NCBI GenBank assembly: GCA_964247055.1
Contig: OZ176052.1
Span: 13,020,001 to 13,084,000, forward strand
Direction of reading: 5' to 3'
DNA from: Paragordius varius
Taxonomy: Eukaryota; Animalia; Nematomorpha
Length of the DNA stretch: 64,000 nt
Made by a program: the position numbers and the translations under genes. A model generated the notes under the pieces. The model had not been told where the DNA came from. It searched no databases and was given only the letters and a program-made list of their open reading frames with translations. Shown in pieces: positions 55,001-64,000 of this stretch (position 1 is its first letter; each line of letters starts with the position of its first letter).

Positions 55001-58000
55001 GTATTACTACATCAAAATATATAGATAGTTTGGCAAACTGTTTCATATCCGATTTTTACAACGATACTTTAAAAATTATGGTATTAAACCAGTCGCATCA
55101 ATACTCAAGTTAAACTTTGTCCTTAAAAATCGGATATTGGTCACCGGTGAACAAAACTATTTTTTATACATACTCTTAGCAAGACTACATGAAAATATAG
55201 AGATAATTTGACAAACTCTTTCATATCCGATTTTTAAAACGATACTTTGAAAATTAATGTATAAAACTAGTCGTATCAATAAATCGCATCAATACTCAAG
55301 TTAAACTTTGTCCTTAAAAATCGGATAATGGTCACCGGTGAACAAAATTATTTTTTATACATTCTCTTAGTAAGACTACATCAAAATATAGAGATAGTTT
55401 GACAAACTCTTTCATATCCGATTTATACAACGATACTTTAAAAATTAATGTATAAAACTAGTCGTATCAATAAATCGCATCAATACTAAAGTTAAACTTT
55501 GTCCTTAAAAATCGGATATTGGTCACGGGTGAACAAAATTATTTTTTATACATTCTCTTAGTAGGACTACATCAAAATATAGAGATAGTTTGACAAACTC
55601 TTTCATATCCGATTTTTACAACGATACTTTAAAAATTATGGTATTAAACCAGTCGCATCAATACTCAAGTTAAACTTTGTCCTTAAAAATCGGATATTGG
55701 TCACCGGTGAACAAAACTATTTTTTATACATACTCTTAGCAAGACTACATCAAAATATAGAGATAATTTGACAAACTCTTTCATATCCGATTTTTACAAC
55801 GATACTTTAAAAATTAATGTATAAAACTAGGCGTATCAATAAATCGCATCAATACTCAAGTTAAACTTTGTCCTTAAAAATCGGATATTGGTCACCGGTG
55901 AACAAAATTAATTTTTATACATTCTCTTAGTAGGACTACATCAAAATATATAGATAGTTTGGCAAACTGTTTCATATCCGATTTTTACAACGATACTTTA
56001 AAAATTAATGTAAAAAACTAGTCGCATCAATACTCAAGTTAAACTTTGTCCTTAAAAATCGGATATTGGTCACCGGTGAACAAAATTAATTTTTATACAT
56101 TCTCTTAGTAGGACTACATCAAAATATAGAGATAGTTTGGCAAACTGTTTCATATCCGATTTTTACAACGATACTTTAAAAATTAATGTATAAAACTAGT
56201 CGCATCAATACTCAAGTTAAACTTTGTCCTTAAAAATCGAATATTGGTCACCGGTGAACAAAATATATTTTTATACATTCTCTTAGTAAGACTACATCAA
56301 AATATAGAAATAGTTTGACAAACTCTTTCATATCCGATTTTTACAACGATACTTTAAAAATTATGGTATTAAACCAGTCGCATCAATACTCAAGTTAAAC
56401 TTTGTCCTTAAAAATCGGATATTGGTCACCGGTGAACAAAACTATTTTTTATACATACTCTTAGCAAGACTACATCAAAATATAGAGATAATTTGACAAA
56501 CTCTTTCATATCCGATTTTTACAACGATACTTTAAAAATTAATGTATAAAACTAGGCGTATCAATAAATCGCATCAATACTCAAGTTAAACTTTGTCCTT
56601 AAAAATCGGATATTGGTCACCGGTGAACAAAATTAATTTTATACATTCTCTTAGTAGGACTACATCAAAATATATAGATAGTTTGGCAAACTGTTTCATA
56701 TCCGATTTTTACAACGATACTTTAAAAATTAATGTAAAAAACTAGTCGCATCAATACTCAAGTTAAACTTAGTCCTTAAAAATCGAATATTGGTCACCGG
56801 TGAACAAAATTTATTTTTATACATTCTCTTAGTAAGACTACATCAAAATATAGAAATAGTTTGACAAACTCTTTCATATCCGATTTTTACAACGATACTT
56901 TAAAAATTATGGTATTAAACCAGTCGCATCAATACTCAAGTTAAACTTTGTCCTTAAAAATCGGATATTGGTCACCGGTGAACAAAACTATTTTTTATAC
57001 ATACTCTTAGCAAGACTACATCAAAATATAGAGATAATTTGACAAACTCTTTCATATCCGATTTTTAAAACGATACTTTGAAAATTAATGTATAAAACTA
57101 GTCGTATCAATAAATCGCATCAATACTCAAGTTAAACTCTGTCCTTAAAAATCGGATATTGGTCACGGGTGAACAAAATTATTTTTTATACATTCTCTTA
57201 GTAGGACTACATCAAAATATAGAGATAGTTTGACAAACTCTTTCATATCCGATTTTTACAACGATACTTTAAAAATTATGGTATTAAACCAGTCGCATCA
57301 ATACTCAAGTTAAACTTTGTCCTTAAAAATCGGATATTGGTCACCGGTGAACAAAACTATTTTTTATACATACTCTTAGCAAGACTACATCAAAATATAG
57401 AGATAATTTGACAAACTCTTTCATATCCGATTTTTACAACGATACTTTAAAAATTAATGTATAAAACTAGGCGTATCAATAAATCGCATCAATACTCAAG
57501 TTAAACTTTGTCCTTAAAAATCGGATATTGGTCACCGGTGAACAAAATTAATTTTTATACATTCTCTTAGTAGGACTACATCAAAATATATAGATAGTTT
57601 GGCAAACTGTTTCATATCCGATTTTTACAACGATACTTTAAAAATTAATGTAAAAAACTAGTCGCATCAATACTCAAGTTAAACTTTGTCCTTAAAAATC
57701 GGATATTGGTCACCGGTGAACAAAATTAATTTTTATACATTCTCTTAGTAGGACTACATCAAAATATAGAGATAGTTTGGCAAACTGTTTCATATCCGAT
57801 TTTTACAACGATACTTTAAAAATTAATGTATAAAACTAGTCGCATCAATACTCAAGTTAAACTTTGTCCTTAAAAATCGAATATTGGTCACCGGTGAACA
57901 AAATATATTTTTATACATTCTCTTAGTAAGACTACATCAAAATATAGAAATAGTTTGACAAACTCTTTCATATCCGATTTTTACAACGATACTTTAAAAA

Positions 58001-61000
58001 TTATGGTATTAAACCAGTCGCATCAATACTCAAGTTAAACTTTGTCCTTAAAAATCGGATATTGGTCACCGGTGAACAAAACTATTTTTTATACATACTC
58101 TTAGCAAGACTACATCAAAATATAGAGATAATTTGACAAACTCTTTCATATCCGATTTTTACAACGATACTTTAAAAATTAATGTATAAAACTAGGCGTA
58201 TCAATAAATCGCATCAATACTCAAGTTAAACTTTGTCCTTAAAAATCGGATATTGGTCACCGGTGAACAAAATTAATTTTTATACATTCTCTTAGTAGGA
58301 CTACATCAAAATATATAGATAGTTTGGCAAACTGTTTCATATCCGATTTTTACAACGATACTTTAAAAATTAATGTAAAAAACTAGTCGCATCAATACTC
58401 AAGTTAAACTTTGTCCTTAAAAATCGAATATTGGTCACCGGTGAACAAAATTATTTTTTATACATTCTCTTAGTAAGACTACATCAAAATATAGAAATAG
58501 TTTGACAAACTCTTTCATATCCGATTTTTACAACGATACTTTAAAAATTATGGTATTAAACCAGTCGCATCAATACTCAAGTTAAACTTTGTCCTTAAAA
58601 ATCGAATATTGGTCACCGGTGAACAAAATTTTTTTTTATACATTCTCTTAGTAATACTACATCAAAATATAGAAATAGTTTGAAAAACTCTTTCATATCC
58701 GATTTTTACAACGATACTTTAAAAATTAATGTATTAAACTAGTCGCATCAATACTCAAGTTTAACTTTGTCCTTAAAAATCGAATATTGGTCACCGGTGA
58801 ACAAAATTATTTATTATACATTCTCTTAGTAAGACTACATCAAAATATAGAAATAGTTTGACAAACTCTTTCATATCCGATTTTTAAAACGATACTTTAA
58901 AAATTAATGTATTAAACTAGTCGCATCAATACTCAAGTTAAACTTTGTCCTTAAAAATCGGATATTGGTCACCGGTGAACAAAATAGTTTTTTATACATT
59001 CTCTTAGTAAGACTACATCAAAATATAGAAATAGTTTGACAAACTCTTTCATATCCGATTTTTACAACGATACTTTAAAAATTAATGTATTAAACTAGTC
59101 GCATCAATACTCAAGTTAAACTTTGTCCTTAAAAATCGGATATTGGTCACCGGTGAATAAAATTATTTTTTATACATTCTCTTAGTAGGACTACATCAAA
59201 ATAAAGAGATAGTTTGGCAAACTGTTTCATATCCGATTTTTACAACGATATTTTAAAAATTAATGTATAAAACTAGTCGCATCAATACTCAAGTTAAATT
59301 TTGTCCTTAAAAATGGGATATTGGTCACCGGAGAACAAAACTATTTTTTATACATTCTCTTAGTAAGACTACATCAAAATATAGAGATAGTTGGACAAAC
59401 TCTTTCATATCCTATTTTTACAACGATACTTTAAAAATTAATGTAATTAACTAGTCGCATTACTCAAGTTAAACTTTGTCCTTAAAAATCGGATATTGGT
59501 CACCGGTGAACAAAATAATTTTTTATACATTCTCTTAGTAAGACTACATCAAAATATAGAAATAGTTTGACAAACTCTTTCATATCCGATTTTTACAACG
59601 ATACTTTAAAAATTTATGTATTAAACTAGTCGCATCAATACTCAAGTTAAACTTTGTCCTTAAAAATCGGATATTGGTCACCGGTGAATAAAATTATTTT
59701 TTATACATTCTCTTAGTAGGACTACATCAAAATATAGAGATAGTTTGGCAAACTCTTTCATATCCGATTTTTACATTGATACTTTAAAAATTATGGTATT
59801 AAACCAGTCGCATCAATACTCAAGTTAAACTTTGTCCTTAAAAATCGAATATTGGTCACCGGTGAACAAAATTATTTTTTATACATTCTCTTAGTAAGAC
59901 TACATCAAAATATAGAAATAGTTTGACAAACTCTTTCATATCCGATTTTTAAAACGATACTTTAAAAATTAATGTATTAAACTAGTCGCATAAATACTCA
60001 AGTTAAACTTTGTCCTTAAAAATTGGATATTGGTCACCGGTGAACAAAACTATTTTTTATACATTCTCTTAGTAAGACTACATCAAAATATAGAGATAGT
60101 TTGACAAACTCTTTCATATCCGATTTTTACAACGATACTTTAAAAATTAATGTATTAAACTAGTCTCATTACTCAAGTTAAACTTTGTCATTAAAAATCG
60201 GATATTGGTCACCGGTGAACAAAACTATTTTTTATACATTCTCTTAGTAAGACTACATCAAAATATAGAGATAGTTTGACAAACTCTTTCATATCCGATT
60301 TTTACAACGATACTTTAAAAATTAATGTATTAAACTAGTCTCATTACTCAAGTTAAACTTTGTCATTAAAAATCGGATATTGGTCACCGGTGAAAAAAAG
60401 TATTTTTTATACATTCTCTTAGTAAGACTACATCCAAATATAGAGATAGTTTTACAAACTCTTTCATATCCGATTTTTACAACGATACATTAAAAATTAA
60501 TGTGTTAGTCGCATCAATACTCAAGTTAAATTTTGTCCTTAAAAATCGAATATTGGTCACCGGTGAACAAAATTATTTTTTATACATTCTCTTAGTAAGA
60601 CTACATCAAAATATAGAAATAGTTTGACAAACTCTTTCATATCCGATTTTTGAAACGATACTTTAAAAATTAATGTATAAAACTAGTCGTATCAATAAAT
60701 CGCATCAATACTCAAGTTAAACTTTGTCCTTAAAAATCGGATATTGGTCACGGGTGAACAAAATTATTTTTTATACATTCTCTTAGTAGGACTACATCAA
60801 AATATAGAGATAGTTTGGCAAACTCTTTCATATCCGATTTTTACAACGATACTTTAAAAATTAATGTATTAAACTAGTCGCATCAATACTCAAGTTAAAC
60901 TTTGTCCTTAAAAATCGGATATTGGTCACCGGTGAATAAAATTATTTTTTATACATTCTCTTAGTAGGACTACATCAAAATATAGAGATAGTTTGGCAAA

Positions 61001-64000
61001 CTGTTCATATCCGATTTTTACAACGATACTTTAAAAATTAATGTATAAAACTAGTCGCATCAATACTCAAGTTAAATTTTGTCCTTAAAAATGGGATATT
61101 GGTCACCGGTGAACAAAACTATGTTTTATACATTCTCTTAGTAAGACTACATCAAAATAAAGAGATAGTTTGACAAACTCTTTCATATCCGATTTTTACA
61201 ACGATACTTTAAAAATTAATGTATAAAACTAGTCGCATCAATACTCACGTTAAATTTTGTCCTTAAAAATGGGATATTGGTCACCGGTGAACAAAACTAT
61301 TTTTTATACATTCTCTTAGTAAGACTACATCCAAATATAGAGATAGTTTTACAAACTCTTTCATATCCGATTTTTACAACGATACTTTAAAAATTAATGT
61401 ATTAAACTAGTCTCATTACTCAAGTTAAACTTTGTCATTAAAAATCGGATATTGGTCACCGGTGAAAAAAATTATTTTTTATACATTCTCTTAGTAAGAC
61501 TACATCCAAATATAGAAATAGTTTGACAAACTCTTTCATATCCGATTTTTACAACGATACTTTAAAAATTAATGTATTAAACTAGTCGCATCAATACTCA
61601 AGTTAAACTTTGTCCTTAAAAATCGAATATTGGTCACCGGTGAACAAAATTATTTTTTATACATTCTCTTAGTAAGACTACATCAAAATATAGAAATAGT
61701 TTGACAAACTCTTTCATATCCGATTTTTAAAACGATACTTTAAAAATTAATGTATAAAACTAGTCGTATCAATAAATCGCATCAATACTCAAGTTAAACT
61801 TTGTCCTTAAAAATCGGATATTGGTCACGGGTGAACAAAATTATTTTTTATACATTCTCTTAGTAGGACTACATCAAAATATAGAGATAGTTTGGCAAAC
61901 TCTTTCATATCCGATTTTTACAACGATACTTTAAAAATTAATGTATTAAACTAGTCGCATCAATACTCAAGTTAAACTTTGTCCTTAAAAATCGGATATT
62001 GGTCACCGGTTAATAAAATTATTTTTTATACATTCTCTTAGTAGGACTACATCAAAATATAGAGATAGTTTGGCAAACTGTTTCATATCCGATTTTTACA
62101 ACGATACTTTAAAAATTAATGTATAAAACTAGTCGCATCAATACTCAAGTTAAATTTTGTCCTTAAAAATGGGATATTGGTCACGGGTGAACAAAATTAT
62201 TTTTTATACATTCTCTTAGTAGGACTACATCAAAATATAGAGATAGTTTGGCAAACTGTTTCATATCCGATTTTTACAACGATACTTTAAAAATTAATGT
62301 ATTAAAATAGTCGCATCAATACTCAAGTTAAACTTTGTCCTTAAAAATCGGATATTGGTCACCGGTGAACAAAATTATTTTTTATACATTCTCTTAGCAA
62401 GACTACATCAAAATATAGAGATAGTTTGACAAACTCTTTCATATCCGATTTTTACAACGATACTTTAAAAATTATGGTATTAAACTAGTCGCATCAATAC
62501 TCAAATTAAACTTTGTCCTTAAAAATCGGATATTGGTCACCGGTGAACAAAATTATTTTTTATATATTCTCTTAGCAAGACTACATCATAATATAGAGAT
62601 AGTTTGACAAACTCGTTCATATCCGATTTTTACAACTATACTTTAAATATTAATGTATTAAACTTGTCGCATCAATACTCAAGTCAAATTATGTCCTTAA
62701 AAATGGGATATTGATCACTGGTGAACAAAACTATTTTTTATACATTCTCTAGTAAGACTACATCAAAATATAGAGATAGTTTGACAAACTCTTTCATATC
62801 CGATTTTTACAACGATACTTTAAATATTAATGTATTAAACTTGTCGCATCAATACTCAAGTCAAATTATGTCCTTAAAAATGGGATATTGATCACTGGTG
62901 AACAAAACTATTTTTTATACATTCTCTAGTAAGACTACATCAAAATATAGAGATAGTTTGACAAACTCTTTCATATCCGATTTTTACAACGATACTTTAT
63001 AAATTAATGTATAAAACAAGTCGTATCAATAAGTCGCATCAATACTCAAGTTAAACTTTGTCCTTAATATTGGTCACCGGTGAGAATAATTTTTTATACA
63101 TTCTCTTAGTAAGACTACATCAAAATATAGAGATAGTTTAAAAAACTCTTTCATATCCGATTTTTACAACGATACTTTAAAAATTAATGTATAAAAGTAG
63201 TCGCATCAATACTCAAGTCAAATTATGTCCTTAAAAATGGGATATTGATCACCGGTGAACAAAACTATTTTATACATTCTCTTAGTAAGACTACATCAAA
63301 ATATAGAGATAGTTTGGCAAACTCTTTCATATCCGATTTTTACAACGATACTTTAAAAATTATGGTATTAAACTAGTCGCATCAATACTCAAGTTAAACT
63401 TTGTCCTTAAAATCGGATATTGGTCACCGGTGAACAAAAAAATTTTTTTATACATTCTCTTAGCAAGACTACATCAAAATATAGAAATAGTTTGACAAAC
63501 TCTTTCATATCCGATTTTTACAACGATACTTTAAAAATTAATGTATAAAACTAGTCGCATCAATACTCAAGTTAAATTTTGTCCTTAAAAATGGGATATT
63601 GGTCACCGGTGAAAAAAATTATTTTTTATACATTCTCTTAGTAAGACTACATCCAAATATAGAGATAGTTTTACAAACTCTTTCATATCCGATTTTTACA
63701 AGGATACATTAAAATTTAGTGTATAAAACTAGTCGCATCAATACTCAAGTTAAACTTTGTCCTTAAAAATCGGATATTGGTCACCGGTGAACAAAATTAT
63801 TTTTTATACATTCTCTTAGCAAGACTACATCAAAATATAGAGATAGTTTGACAAACTCTTTCATATCCGATTTTTACAACGATACTTTAAAAATTATGGT
63901 ATTAAACTAGTCGCATCAATACTCAAGTTAAACTTTGTCCTTAAAAATCGGATATTGGTCACCGGTGAACAAAAAAATTTTTTTATACATTCTCTTAGCA
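48684..64000 (+). repeat. Condensed second copy of the variant succession seen at ~11139-34400 (macro-duplication, offsets shrinking from 37545 to about 28800 bp)
   Basis: Marker offsets: TCATTGG 11305/48850 (37545); GTAACAC 12776/50131 (37355); TCACTGG 15445/52431 (36986); ATTTATAC 16591/53399 (36808); TTTATTATAC 22661/58810 (36149); ACTATGTTTT 24961/61118 (36157); ACTCGTTC 33783/62611 (28828). Confidence 0.87.

Larger units (their letters stand above)
1..64000 (+). repeat. Tandem satellite DNA array, 178-bp monomer (191-bp variant with 13-bp internal duplication), about 355 copies, single orientation, running off both window ends
   Basis: ATACATTCTC recurs at 1, 179, 370, 548 and so on (periods 178, 191, 178). 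Every line from start to end matches the same consensus, with only SNPs and indels of 13 bp or less. Consensus GC is 48/178. Confidence 0.99.

Noticed and set aside
1-64000. CRISPR array
   Set aside because: There are no unique spacers. The full 178 bp repeats head to tail, and no cas genes are present.
1-64000. Protein-coding ORFs or a tandem-repeat protein gene
   Set aside because: The unit length of 178 is not a multiple of 3. TAA, TAG and TGA, and their complements TTA, CTA and TCA, are dense in every monomer, and frequent 1-2-bp indels occur. No credible ORF was seen on either strand.
1-64000. Promoter or terminator calls from TATA-like words and hairpin-plus-T-tract motifs
   Set aside because: These are expected by chance at 73% AT, there is no associated gene, and they are repeated in every monomer.
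1-64000. Strand inversion or embedded mobile element within the array
   Set aside because: I scanned all lines. Every segment matches the consensus in the same orientation and no foreign sequence was seen.

Overview
The whole 64,000-bp window is one uninterrupted head-to-tail tandem satellite array in a single orientation. It holds roughly 355 monomers of a 178-bp AT-rich unit (about 27% GC by my count of the consensus). Consensus read from the sequence: ATACATTCTCTTAGTAAGACTACATCAAAATATAGAAATAGTTTGACAAACTCTTTCATATCCGATTTTTACAACGATACTTTAAAAATTAATGTATTAAACTAGTCGCATCAATACTCAAGTTAAACTTTGTCCTTAAAAATCGGATATTGGTCACCGGTGAACAAAATTATTTTTT. A common 191-bp variant carries an internal 13-bp tandem duplication. 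I found no genes, RNA genes, transposons, CRISPR spacers or inversions. It looks like eukaryotic heterochromatic or centromere-type satellite DNA, but I do not recognise the family or host. The interest is organisational. Diagnostic SNPs and indels reveal nested higher-order repeats (3-, 4-, 5-, 6- and 8-mers), dispersed block duplications at 3.2-4.3 kb offsets, variant domains ordered A-B-C-D-A'-B'-C', and a macro-duplication of about 11-34 kb echoed at about 48.7-64 kb. The monomer itself is rich in dyad symmetry. All offsets were read by eye from marker positions, so block boundaries are approximate to within about one monomer.
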